DNA of 58,264 nt, filler included, from Basidioascus undulatus (lineage: Eukaryota): assembly GCA_000826855.1 (NCBI GenBank). It is 3 parts of 3 records of this genome, joined end to end, with 100 filler letters (N's around TTAATTAATTAA, not from the genome) between each part and the next. Parts side by side here need not be neighbours in the genome. Positions count along the whole stretch, not along the records: positions 19,492 to 38,832 come from JTLS01000425.1; positions 38,933 to 58,264 come from JTLS01000426.1; 1 more part is not named here. The stretch is one strand, 5' to 3'. The notes under the pieces are model-generated. The model searched no databases. It saw only the letters and a program-made list of their open reading frames with translations, and had not been told where the DNA came from. Below, piece after piece: positions 37,336-48,896 of the stretch (positions within the stretch are counted from its first letter, which is position 1; each line of letters begins with the position of its first letter). The translations under genes and the position numbers were made by a program.

Positions 37336-38439
37336 GGTGAGCTCAGGTGGTGGTGATGGAGGAGCAGTTCAAGAGCCAAGGCGAGCTGAGATAGCAGCGT
37401 GTTCTCCGGCCCGTGTACGGAGCGACCGGTCCGGGCCGCATGTCGATCTCGAAGGGAAGATGGAAGATCCAGGGAGCAGTAGTCGGTACTGTGCAGCGCA
37501 GGGGATTGTTTAAAGACAGGAATGATGGTGGTTACGAAAGAATACCGAATGCAGCGAACGTGGTTGATCGAAACCATCACGCAGAAACAACAGAAAGTCC
37601 GGATGAAACTTCGGACTGGAGCGAGTGCCCACACAATGTCACTGGCATCTGTGCAGTTGACCCCTTGATCCAGGGGGGGCTTCCAAAAGGAGTGTGTAAT
37701 TCAAACTCCTACACCTCCTCTACTGTCCTCTGACCTGGGGATCAACTAATAAGGCTTCAACCCGGACACCACCATCATGGACCACAGTCATTGTGTGCAG
37801 CACCCGTCCGAAACTTCGCCGTACCGGAGAGAATGCCCAATTTCTGGCGCCGGACTACTTTTGAAAGCTTTTGACAGCCTTCAAGGCACACCAACGAGTG
37901 GAGAACACATCCATCTTCCAGTCGCGTACAGGTCGAAACTCCCTTGCAGCCCAGACTCTGAGCACGGAGTGTCAGTTGTCACGCATGACTGCTCGTACTA
38001 TCTGCACAACCGTCTCTCAAGAAAAGCAATCAGAGTATAATATGATAAAACGACAATATGCGTAGACAGACACGAGCTTGAAGCAAAGCAAATCGGAGAC
38101 GAGACGAGATGAGACTCGGAGGGGCGTTATGCAAAGCAAGGGCTGCAAGATACACACAGACGGGATCAGTTCGCAGTGGGGGGTGGGGGGAAGTTAACGA
38201 GCGAATTGGGTGAGGCTGGGATTTTGGGGGTACAAGATGCGTGTGTATTTTATTGACAGAGTAAGAGGGAGAGGGAGAGGGGATCGATCGTCCAAGAAAG
38301 TCGTTGGGATGTGGAGGTAGCACAAATGATCAAGAAAGGATACAAAAACAAGAAGGAAGACAAGAGTCCATGCGATGCGGGGGATGCGTGAGGAATGCGA
38401 TGCAGACAGGAAGAGAAGCGGAGGAAGGGGGGCGAAGGG

Positions 38440-38820
38440 CTACCGCGGCGTGCGGTCCTCATCCTCGTCGATCCCGAGCCCGAGCCCACACAGCTCCTGC
38501 ACATCCTCGCCCTCCGCGTCCACCTCCACCCTCACCTCCGCGACCGCCTTCGTCTCCGGCTCCGGTGCGCTCGCGCGCCTCTCCATCTCCCTCGGCCCGT
38601 CCGCCTCCATCGGCGCATGCCCCCAGCTCCTGGGCCTCCCGCGCGTGGCGAGTCGGAGCGCCTCCTTGATCTCCTCGGGGTCCTTGATGTCGCTGGTCGG
38701 GCTCGCCCCGGGAGGGCGCAGCACAGCCTGCTCGACGAGCCCGCGGAGGCGGGCGGTCTCGTCGTCCGAGCAGGGCGTGTGCGGGTGCGGGAGCGCGACG
38801 GGGGAGTAGGCGGGGAGGGA
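38440..38820 (-). CDS. 3' exon of an unidentified protein truncated by the gap
   Basis: GC3-biased open frame YSPVALPHPHTPCSDDETARLRGLVEQAVLR...DEDRTPR*. Confidence 0.5.
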   Translation of the reverse strand, partial: SLPAYSPVALPHPHTPCSDDETARLRGLVEQAVLRPPGASPTSDIKDPEEIKEALRLATRGRPRSWGHAPMEADGPREMERRASAPEPETKAVAEVRVEVDAEGEDVQELCGLGLGIDEDEDRTPR

Positions 38821-38832
38821 GAGGTATATTTG

Positions 38833-38932
38833 NNNNNNNNNNNNNNNNNNNNNNNNNNNNNNNNNNNNNNNNNNNNTTAATTAATTAANNNNNNNNNNNN
38901 NNNNNNNNNNNNNNNNNNNNNNNNNNNNNNNN
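38833..38932. other. Assembly gap with artificial linker
   Basis: 100-nt N run with central TTAATTAATTAA. Confidence 0.97.
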
Positions 38933-38934
38933 AC

Positions 38935-39338
38935 CTTTGCCGAACACGCGGCACTCGAACGTCCGCATGCCGCGGTCCTTGCAATTGAACTCGCACCGGT
39001 CCTCAGCCTGGACGTCGTCGCAGTTGAACTGGCCCATCTGCTCGACCGAGAGGACCATGCAGTTCCACTTAGGGAACTCGTTGCTGTTCCGTCACCGCGC
39101 ATCTTTGTCAGCAACCCTCTTCCCCCTTTCTCGGCGCGTGGAAGGGAATGGAGAAAGTATCCGGGGGGCTGGGAAGGGAAAGGGGAGAAGGAAAAGGAAA
39201 AGGAAAGAGTGCGGCGCACCGGATCTGATCGCAAAGCTGCTCGATCATCTCCCTGCACTCGCCCTCCCGGCCCTGGAACTTCTGACAGATCTCATGGAGC
39301 TTCTTGTTGTCGTGGTGGGAGGTCAGGCCGGAGAGCAT
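38935..39338 (-). CDS. Small Cys-rich protein, possibly YvgO-like; 3' end lost in the gap
   Basis: MLSGLTSHHDNKKLHEICQKFQGREGECREMIEQLCDQI|..NEFPKWNCMVLSVEQMGQFNCDDVQAEDRCEFNCKDRGMRTFECRVFGK|gt. Confidence 0.6.
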
Positions 39339-40421
39339 CTTGTCTTCTTTCTCCTTCTTTTGGTTGGGGCAGTGGGAGTGGGCTTTGTTGGAGTGGGAAA
39401 TGAAGTTGCTGGGAAGATTGAAGAGGGAGGAGGGGGGGAGTTCTTATGGGCGCTGAGCTGCAGCTACGGAGGGAATGTGAGTCGGACGGGAGGAGCGCGG
39501 ATCTTATGCTGCTTGTCTTGCATTGTCGCCGGGTTCTTATTTCAGGTCCCCTTCAGCGGGAGCTTCCACCGAAGGACGGGACAGTGGCGGGGAACGGCAA
39601 TCGCCCTAAGACGGACGTCTTCGGGTAGCTCCTCAAGGGCCTTGTCTTCCAGGAATTGGACATCCCGTCTTTCAATCGATAAAAACTGGTATACTGGACT
39701 CTCGATATCCATCACCGTTTGGTAAAGCTTTGCGGCAGTAGGCGTTGCTGCAATATTTCGACAATGGGCTGTAAACCCTGTACCTACCTACCTACGAGCA
39801 CGCCCCCCCCAATGAACCATAGAAACAATGTATGATCTTATGATTAGTACATCTATATCTAGAAGTAAAACTGCCCTTTCAAGGGCAGTGGGGAACAATA
39901 GGAGGTGCGTGAAAGCCAGAGATCTTTTTGGCATACTCAGAGACTCTTAACGCTCAAGGATACCAACTCGCCGAAATCTCACGGAACACCACAGCTTTGC
40001 CCATGCCGGACCTCCTGATATGTCTTTGATCATTCAGCTCTGTGGCCTTATACGATCTTTGACTTCAGGAGAACTTCAATGTACATTCGCGGGAGCAGTC
40101 TACCGTTCAACGGACGGCGCCAGATCGCTGGTCGTCTCCAGGCTCGGTCTTGTTCCTTGAAATTCATCATCTTACCACCCCGGTCTGTCGTCGACATTAA
40201 TGGCCATTTCTTTGGGTGGCAAGGCGAACAAAGGAAGCGAGAAACCGCTTACCCTCTTCGTCGCTGCCCCGCTGCCCCTTTCTTTCCTTCGCTCTCTGGC
40301 TGCCCCTCAGTTCCGCTACAAAATTCATTTTCACGTCCTCCCCACAGGATCTTCCCTCCGATGGCGCCCTCCCCCCCGCCCAACGGCGTCCTCGAAACAT
40401 CCGACTTCAACTACCCGTCCT

Positions 40422-43221
40422 TCAGTGCACGCAAGGGCAGCAGCCCTCGCGCAGAGCCTGCTCCCGCGAGTGAGCTTCGAGGTCAGCGCCTTGGAGACTC
40501 TGTGTGATTGTGGATGAGTCGCCCGGGAACTCCTGCAGTGGCACTCTGGTTGTCAGCTTCCGTAACCTGGGAGTATTTGGACCGGGATGCGACGCACCTT
40601 CTTGTAGGCGTCGCGCACAGCCTTGGCGAACTCATCATCGACCAGCACCTTCGCACCAGCGATGGCGATGCCCTTCGCGCTTTCGAGACTATGAGAAGGG
40701 TCCAATGTTGTGGTTGATGAGCGTAAACTTCGTCTGTAGTCCATGTCCGCAAATCAGCCAAGAACGACGTACGTCAGGCGGTGGGCCTCGGGCGTGCGTG
40801 CGCTGTCCGTGAAACCGCGCGTGTGGTCTGGTATAAGAGGAAAAGATTAGGAATTTGCTTTAGAAATGTCTTAAAGCTGTTGGGTAGTTCGAGGACGCAC
40901 TGCCGCTGCCGGGAGTAGACGGAATCTGGTAGAAGGGGTGCAAGCCGGGGACCTCGTATGCTGTTGTTGCCAGACCGCTTCAGTCAGCTCCGCAGACGAA
41001 GTCCGGGATTCAAAGGAGGGAAAGCTGTCACGTACTGACGTTGCCGAAGTCAGCTGTCCACCGGCATTTGAAGGTAAGCTGCTGATCAGCCGGCTAAGGA
41101 AGAGGGAGAAACGCACTGCTCCCGGCGAACGCAAACTCGCTCCCGACGTACGGGAACTCAATACCGTTGCTCTGCATGTACGAGCAAAACTCCCTGCCAA
41201 GCGCCTCGTTCTCACGCAGGTCATTGACGAAGATGCCCTCCTTCACATCGTATGTGCACCCCGTCGCCAGGGCCGCGCTGTCCGAAGAAGCCGAGCAGAA
41301 AAGGGAGCTGCAGTTCCGTGCGATATTATAAAGAGCGAAGTATACAATGAAAAGACGCACGCTTTGAAGCAGTTGAGAACGCGCTTCTTGAGGTCATTCA
41401 TCGCCTCCACGGAGGGCGCGCGGACGAGGTAGTCGACCGAGGTCTCGTCGGGGATGACATTCGGAGCAGCACCGCCGTTCTGAGTCGAGTTCCATATAAT
41501 GCGCACGGTTAGCTGACGAGCGGTGGACAGGTGGGTTGAGAGGGGAACGCACCGTGATGATGCCGTGGATGCGCTCGCCCGACCGGATCTGCTGCCGCAG
41601 CGCGCTGACATTCGAGTAGGCCAGGACGGCGGCATCTGTGGACAGGAGACAAACGGATTAGCAAAACTATTCAACATTGATGTAAATCGCCGAGGTGACA
41701 GCTTGCCTAGTGCGTTCCTGCCCTCCCACGGAGCGCCAGCTGCGTGCGCCGTGTGGCCATGGAAGTTGACCCAGAGCTCCTATTTTGCACAAGGCACCGG
41801 AGTATAGGGTCAGCGTGTGTGAATTACATGTCGTCGTGCAGAGAAAGGTGCCTCTTACCTGCACCGCTTGGGTGCTTCCGACCGCCGATGAAGGCGCGGG
41901 GTGAATCCTGCCGGTCACGCAGATTACGTTCGTTAGCTTTTAGAAAGAAGGGCAACTGATTCAGCTGAACAGCAAACTCGTCACGCACATCAAGCAAGCA
42001 TCCATCTGCTTGTATGCGCCGCGCTCAATCAGGACGACCTTGCCCGCGCCGCCCTCTTCCGCTGGATCGAATCATCGGCGTGTTAGAGCTGAACCAAGGG
42101 TTACCGTGGAGAGTGCTCCGAAATACCAGGAGTCCCCAGTAGGACGACCGTGCCGGGGATGCCGTGTTTGCGCAGAGCGGCCGCCACGCCCAGCGCCGCT
42201 GCGACGCCACCGATGGCGATGAGATCTCGGTACCAAATAAGACGTTTAGCAACAACAGATTGATGTCGGATCTGATTTCAAATGGTATAGCTCACTGTGC
42301 CCGCACTGCACGAATCGAGGGAACGATCAGCGTGGCATTGGGGATGGTGCCTTCGACGACGACGCACTGCGTGGCCGATGTTTGGTAGTGCCTTCATAGG
42401 AATGGTATTAGTCAGCCACCAGTCTAGAGATGTTAAGCTAAGCGAATATGGACCCACGTCTTCTTCGGAGTTGAACCCCAGCACTCGCCCCTTGGCAGTG
42501 TCCCCGTGCTTGAACGTCGCCTCCCACGCGGTCTCGAGTCCGTAGGCATGACGGACAACAGTCCAGCCCTCCCGCTTCTCCATGAAAGATGAGAGAGTGT
42601 CATGCGTCCTGTACTCTTTCTATTCAACCCACAACACGTTCTGAGTCAGCCAGCATACACGCGCCCGTTGACGCAAGGACCGAAGACGCACGTAGCCGAG
42701 TTCAGGGTGATCTGGGTGATAAAGATGTTCAGTAGTGCATCTTGAACCGAGACGATCGATACGGACCGTGAATGTCGATGCTAAGCGCACGGAGCTCGGA
42801 GGAAAGCTCTTCGATGGCACCCTCGATGGTGCGTACCACGTCAGGGTGCGACAGGGCTAGTGGCGTCGACGCGGGCTTCGCGCCGTACGCGGGTGGCGAA
42901 TCGGGGCCCGGATTAGATAAGAAGGTCTCTGAAGGGAGCTGGGAAGTCTTGCTGCCAGCCTGAGTGTTTGTCTGTTGGAGGCAAGTTGCGTGAGGAAAGT
43001 GCCACCTCGCGTGTCGAAGGAAGAGCGGGACGGACACGGATAGACTGGGCCTCCGATTGCGGCGCGTTCAAGCAAGAGTACGTATCTCCCGAGATGAGCC
43101 GGTTTTCATGATCAGCAGCGGAGCAGCACCGAGAGTGGGCGCGATCGGCTGCTACGCCGGTGCGGCGCTTGAAGAGCTTCGATTTGAATGCGAAACAGCC
43201 AGGAACGTCGTCGCTCGACAT
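40422..43221 (-). CDS. Peptidase M20 amidohydrolase (ACY1L2/PM20D2-like)
   Basis: IH.HPELG, HAYGLETAWEA, GFNSEEDALPNIGHACGHNLIA, LLGTPAEEGGAGK, FHGHTAHAAGAPWEGRNAL, SALRQQI..RIHGII, GGAAPNVIPD and DFGNVS. Last exon acceptor is uncertain (stop at 40422 or 40483). Confidence 0.93.
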
Positions 43222-43350
43222 TGCGAAGTCAGTAATGCCAACAAAGCGAGTGAAGCAGATGGATTCTGCGAAGCTCCGCGCGAAGGAAGCGAAGGAGATG
43301 ATGGTGGAGATGAGCAAGCAGAGGACGTCGATAGCGCGGTTGTACCAGTA

Positions 43351-43380
43351 CAGCCGCGTTCAGCCGCGTTCAGCCGCGTG
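43351..43380. repeat. 10-nt tandem repeat x3 upstream of the M20 gene
   Basis: cagccgcgtt cagccgcgtt cagccgcgtg. Confidence 0.85.
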
Positions 43381-43602
43381 CACCTCCGGTGTCGGACTGT
43401 GATTGTGTACGATTGCGACAATACTCTCCGAATGGCACAAGTGTGTTTATTGATGCATTAATTTCCTAAGATTAAGAGCACAACGATAAGACGACCTCGA
43501 ACCAGGCCGCTGCCCGCTCGAGGCAAGAAGGATTATATGTAGGTTGTCGTACGCGTCATCATCAAGATAACGTCCACAATTCGTTTGCATAGAAGTCCCT
43601 TT

Positions 43603-46330
43603 CTAAAGCTGGTATACGTATGAAGGGTCGCGATCTCCCAACCGCACTCCTTCCACAAAGTTCTTCTCTTTCTTGAATTCCCCAGCCTCCCCACCCTTGA
43701 GCGCCGCGCGCCTGCGGTTCTCTTTGCCCATCCAAATCCACAGGTACCTGTGCCGAGTGTTTTTGAGCACAGAAAACATGGACAGGAGCAGAGACGTTCA
43801 ACATACGATGCGACGGCGATTCCGAACACGGTATAGCCGATGGCGACTGCGAGGAGAGGTAATTAGCCAGGACACGAAGATATAGAGGAGAACATGGCTT
43901 ACTGATATGAGGCCTCCGGAAGAAATGTCCGTTGAAGTCGGGGCGATAGATGAGTACACCGGCGATTGCTGCGGTGATGCACGAAGGCAGGAGCGTCAGC
44001 AACCTGGCGGCGAGACGGTCTGTAAATCGAAGCTGAAGTAGACGTACCGCCGATGTCTCCGATGAAGATTTGCATCCCGGTCGCGGTCGCACGTTTGGTC
44101 TGCGGGGACACATTCTCGGCCGGCCAAGAGAGAAGCAGGGCTGCATGGCAACTCAGCATTCCAGGAGTCACCGAATGCGGGAACAATTACTGACCGTTTG
44201 CCGCATAGATCCCCATGACTGCAAAGAACGTTCCAACATAGCGCTTCCCAGCGGTGGAAGTTGAGAGGATGACGATATAGCCTGTGTTTGTTGGCGAGTA
44301 AGTGTTGGTACAGTGTTGGAAGGCAACGCCGCCAACAACATGGTCTTACCAACGATTCCCAGCACTCCAGAAAGGATGATCCAAAGCCCTCGCCTGTCAC
44401 TCTTATGCGAGCCCCAAGCAACAAACAGGATAAGAAAGAACGCGGCCTGGGGGAAGTAGATCAGTTCACAGAAGATCAATCAATGAGCACGGGATTGAGA
44501 CATACCGAATAGGGCGGCACGGTAAGCAGCTGTGCTTTCCACGATGCGTAACCGAGGCCCGAGATCTGCAGCAGCCAAAAGTGAGTGTTTACTGACCAGA
44601 GTATGATGCTCGTGTTGAACGCACGATGGTCGGAAGAAACAAGGAGAGGGAATCTGAAGGCCAAGATGTGAGAAAGCCGTCGTAGAAACGGTGAGACGGT
44701 CATCCTCACAGAGCGGAAAAGCGAATCCGTGGAAAAGCAGACTGTACGCCCACACGAAGTGGTCCTTGAACGCATGTCCTGCCAAAATGTTGTTGGGACT
44801 CCGCATCCAAGCAAATGAAGGTGATATCGAGCAACGCACCGACGCCACCCCAGGTGAAAGGCTCCTTGTCCGCAGAGTCGCTGTCCGAGGACAAGCGTGC
44901 AATGAGGACCTCGCGGTCCCTGTCGGTCAGGAACTGGAATGGGACATCAAGGTAAGGAAATATGGATGCAAGACTGCATCGAGAGTTGAGCGTACCTTGG
45001 CGTCGTGGGGATAGCCTGGAACCCAGTAGTAGGCCGACAGTCCGACGAGCACGGTGAAGATTCCTTCAAGGAAAAAAATCTGGGCAAGTGCACTCAGTTC
45101 TCTTCATGGGATGATTGGGGGCCTGGAGACCCTGTCACACACCCATGCCCAGCCTGGCTCGCCGCCGACACCGCCCATTTGCGTGATCTGGGGGGAGGCA
45201 CAATATGGCAACTTAGTTTCTTGACTCAGACGCCTGAGAACTCGACGGAAACTCACACCGTAGGCCAATACACCTACGAAAAGCGATCTGCGCGTCAGCT
45301 TCGCTGAGATGCTGTAAACGGTGCACGTACCACCGAAGGCTCCAGCAAGTGCCGCACCACCAAAGAAGACGCCAACACGCCAATGCCGCTCGTTACGCTT
45401 GTAGTACATAGAGAAGACGCTGCAAGGCTTGTGTCAGTTTTGCGAGGACTCGGCCAACACCAGCACCAAGCGTACAAAATACAGCCCGGGAACAATCCCG
45501 CCTCGCTAACACCCAGGACTGTTTCATATCAATACCTGTGTAAGCATATTTCGGATAACCAGTGACAACGGTTGATACTCACAGAACCGAGCGGCGTAAA
45601 AGCCAGCCTCGTTCGTGACAAGGCCTTGCAGAGTCGCTGTTTGCCATCAAATTTCGTCAGCGCCCGGAGCTTTCGGAAGGCACTTAGCACATTACCGTAC
45701 CAGTGATTCCCCATGCGATAGTCAGCGTTGGAAGCCAGAGCTTGGGGTTGAGGCGTTTCAATCTGCGGCGAAAAGTCAAATCAGGACGGTCTTGGTGGTT
45801 TCGGGCAACAGATCTAACTGACACGATATTCGCTGGGATTTCGAAGAGCACGTAGCCAAGCTAGAAGAGAACAATTCAGTCATTCTGGTATGTAATAAAA
45901 AGAGAATGGCCGGCGGCTTACGAAATACAGCGCCAGCGAGGTGTTGTATGCCGCTCCATCGGTGATTCCTATGTCGGTCAGCAGACCGTCGAGCTTTGCA
46001 TTCCCGACTGCAGAAAGGAAATCCAGCTCATCGCCTCTCGGATTGAACGGACAGAGACACGAACTGTTGCTACGGTCGAGGAACGAGATGAGATACAGCA
46101 AAGTGAGACCGGGCAAGATGTGCCAATCGACTAGAAGCGAACGAATGAGCAAGCCGGCCAGATTTCCAGACACGGATCGATGCAAGGGTAAGCCCACTTT
46201 TTCGAACGAGGTTGTTCTCCTCCTCGGCGGTGAAGGACGATGCGGCATTTTCGGACGCGGGACGAGACGCGATGGGGGAGGATTGCAAGGAGTCCTTCTC
46301 GTGAAGTCGCGGGCTGGCTGCAGCAGCCAT
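43603..46330 (-). CDS. MFS transporter, anion:cation symporter / allantoate permease (DAL5/TNA1-like) family
   Basis: DWHILPGLTLLYLISFLDRSN|GNAKLDGL, EAGLFPGC, YYKRNERHWRVGVFFGGAALAGAFGG, IFFLEGI, KAQLLTVPPY and SDRRGL; ends RLGDRDPSYVYQL*. Confidence 0.92.
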
Positions 46331-47253
46331 CTCTGCAAGGTTAGTGTGAGAGAACGAGAGTGAGACCGAGAAGAAGAAAGCGCGATTGATCTTGTAGCGC
46401 TTTATAAAAAACTTGTTGCCGTCAGTGAGGAGAAGAAGCTTTGATACAGCCGCTCGCTCGCGAACAGCATGCGGAATTGCGACATCGCCAGAAGGCGGCT
46501 GCGAAATCGAATTGCGTGCGCGCTATTGCGCTTGTCCCCTCGAGGACTCCACGTCGCATCACCGATCACAGACAGGTGCATGAAATATACACGCATGCCG
46601 CCCATGAACGTCCTCACAACCATCGGCAACAACTCCGGTTGCTTTGTCCCCTTTCCCAGTCCCAGTGCCGGAGGAGCACGCGCTCTGAGCACTTCGCAAT
46701 TCGGAAGCCGGTCGACATTGTGTGGCTTGCTGTCGAAAACATCTCCCGAATTAATACTGCCCCTTCCAACGAGCATGCGACTGAAGATTACTATTATTGG
46801 CCGTACTGTCGAAAGAAGTGCGAGCGGCAGGCATGTTCTGCGCATGTTCACAGCTTGCTCGTACAAATGGAGCACGAGCAACCTCTAGGGGACGCGGAGC
46901 CGAGTACAAGGGCTTGTTATTACACAAAGTAAAAATTGATGTACATTATCCAGTTGCCCTCCTTCGCCTATGGGATGTAGCGGAAATCGTAATGAGGCTG
47001 CGGCTTAGACAGTCTCGCTGCCCGCCTCGCGTCCTTTCGAATGGACTTAAATACGGGCTTGTCATCATCACCTCCCTTCTCCACCGGCGGGGACGGGCTG
47101 ATAATCTTCGAAGGGGACAGGAGAGGGGCTTAGAGGAGCGCGAAGCGCGCATGCCATGAGAATGCCCTCGAAGACGCTGCCGGAGGAGACACTGTGTTTT
47201 AGCAAACGGAACGGAAAATGACGAGAACAAGACGCACTTAAAGTAAACCTCTT

Positions 47254-47798
47254 TCAACTCATCCCTTCCCACGCATCAGAAGCACCAGCATGCAGTCCGA
47301 GCTCCCGACAATGGTGTTCAGCCTGTAAGGTCCCTATGAGCCCTGTGCAGATCGAAAAACAGGGAGGACGGCACGTACCACAGCGCCTCAACCGTGAAAA
47401 CTCCGTCCCGAGGATCCGTGTAGTCCGCGCAAATGTATAGCATGTTGCAGCGAACACAAGGTTTGGTACGATAATCAAGCAGAGAAATTCTTGATCAAGT
47501 GCTCCGACTGTCAACCTCCCTCCCACTCTCGCTCGTCGCTCTTGGGACAGGTGTGCCTACGGATGATAAAGTACGCCAGCATATCAGGCTGCCGAGCGCC
47601 CATCGCTCTCGCCACGTAACCCACCGTCTTCAGAATCCCGCAAAGAGCGATGGTCGGAAGACTCCAGAACGCCCGAGCGTGCACGCCGCCGACGAGGTGC
47701 AGCGCCGCGAGGACACCGAAAATGATCGCGAGGAGGATGGCGGGGAGGCGTGGAGGGGTGGGGGAATAAAAGGTCGGGGAGCAGGAGGGGGGGGACAT
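47254..47798 (-). pseudogene. RTA1-like (lipid-translocating exporter family) N-terminal fragment
   Basis: AILLAIIFGVLAALHL, CGILKTVGYVARAMG..AYFII|QEFLCLIIVPNLVFAATCYTFAR; the C-terminal TM segments were not found. Confidence 0.6.
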
Positions 47799-48896
47799 GA
47801 TCGATGCGAAGTGAAAAATAGAGTCTGAAACTAGGAAGTGATGAAGAGAGAGCTCCGGGCCAGCCGGGTCAAAATGAGACTGGTGAAGTGCGAAGACGAC
47901 CTGCTGATGAGACGCAAGGAAGAGAGCATCCGGTCGGTCTGCGCCTTTATGAGATGAGCTACTGAAAAGCCCTCGAACTGGTTAAACTTTTTTCTACAGC
48001 AAAAGTATAAATCTCATTGTCCCACTCTGCCGAAGCTGGCTCCGCGAGCGGAGGCGGCGGGGCAGGGAGGACAGGACAAAGGCTTTCTGCGAGCGCGCCG
48101 CACGGACAAAAAAACAAACGGCGGTTGGAAACTTCGCAAGGCTCCTGACTGGGCTCCATTATGCAAGTACAAATAACTTGCTATTTAGATCTTTGGAAAA
48201 AAATAATCCCTCCCGGACAGGCTTTGGGGCAGCCGCGATCAGGACTTGATGAAGGAGGGGTTGACCATGGGCGAGGCGGCCACTGCGCACACGAGGCTCA
48301 TGAACGGCGGGGCTGTGGAGAAGATGGAGAAGATGAGGAGGAAATAGGATAGAGGGAGAGTCAGGGTGGCCAGGTTGGATAATGGTCGGGTTTAGAGGAG
48401 GGGAGAGAGCGTTGCGCGACCGCCCCTTTCCATGCAGTATTCTGGTGTTGTAGGATGCGGGTAAACAGCCGTGTGCACAGCTCGGGCACGCGTGCATAGC
48501 TCGGGCGTATGCTCATACCTTGACTTGATGGTACGCCTAGGAAGCAGAGCTCTAAAGCATACTTTCGTTAGGGATAAAGAGCCCAACCCCGGGTGTCAGG
48601 CTCAGCTGTACAGCAAGCGTCAGGCATCCTGGCTGAGCCTCGTCCAGCGGCAGCGTTACTTAATACTTGCTATCCTGCGGCAATGTCTGATCCTGCACCG
48701 CGCACCAAATAATATATACATAAGATGCATTAATTAACCTTTCGGGAGGTGCCTCATCGTCACACAACTAGTACTACTCATGAGCACCGTGCAGCCAGTG
48801 CAGCGCCAGCTCACGAAGCCAAGGGCGGGGAAGGCGCTAAAGGAGCAACATGGCACCGCCTGGCAAGATACATCAAAGTTCCCCATTCCACCCTTG

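Noticed and set aside
39870..39889. Perfect hairpin actgccctt-tc-aagggcagt
   Set aside because: Short and isolated; plausible by chance, and prokaryotic terminator logic does not apply here.
40361..40507. Plus-strand short ORF MAPSPPPNG...
   Set aside because: Overlaps the probable last M20 exon in antisense; no supporting features.
47864..47930. CTGATGAG hammerhead-ribozyme-like core
   Set aside because: No stem II closing into GAAA and no stems I or III.
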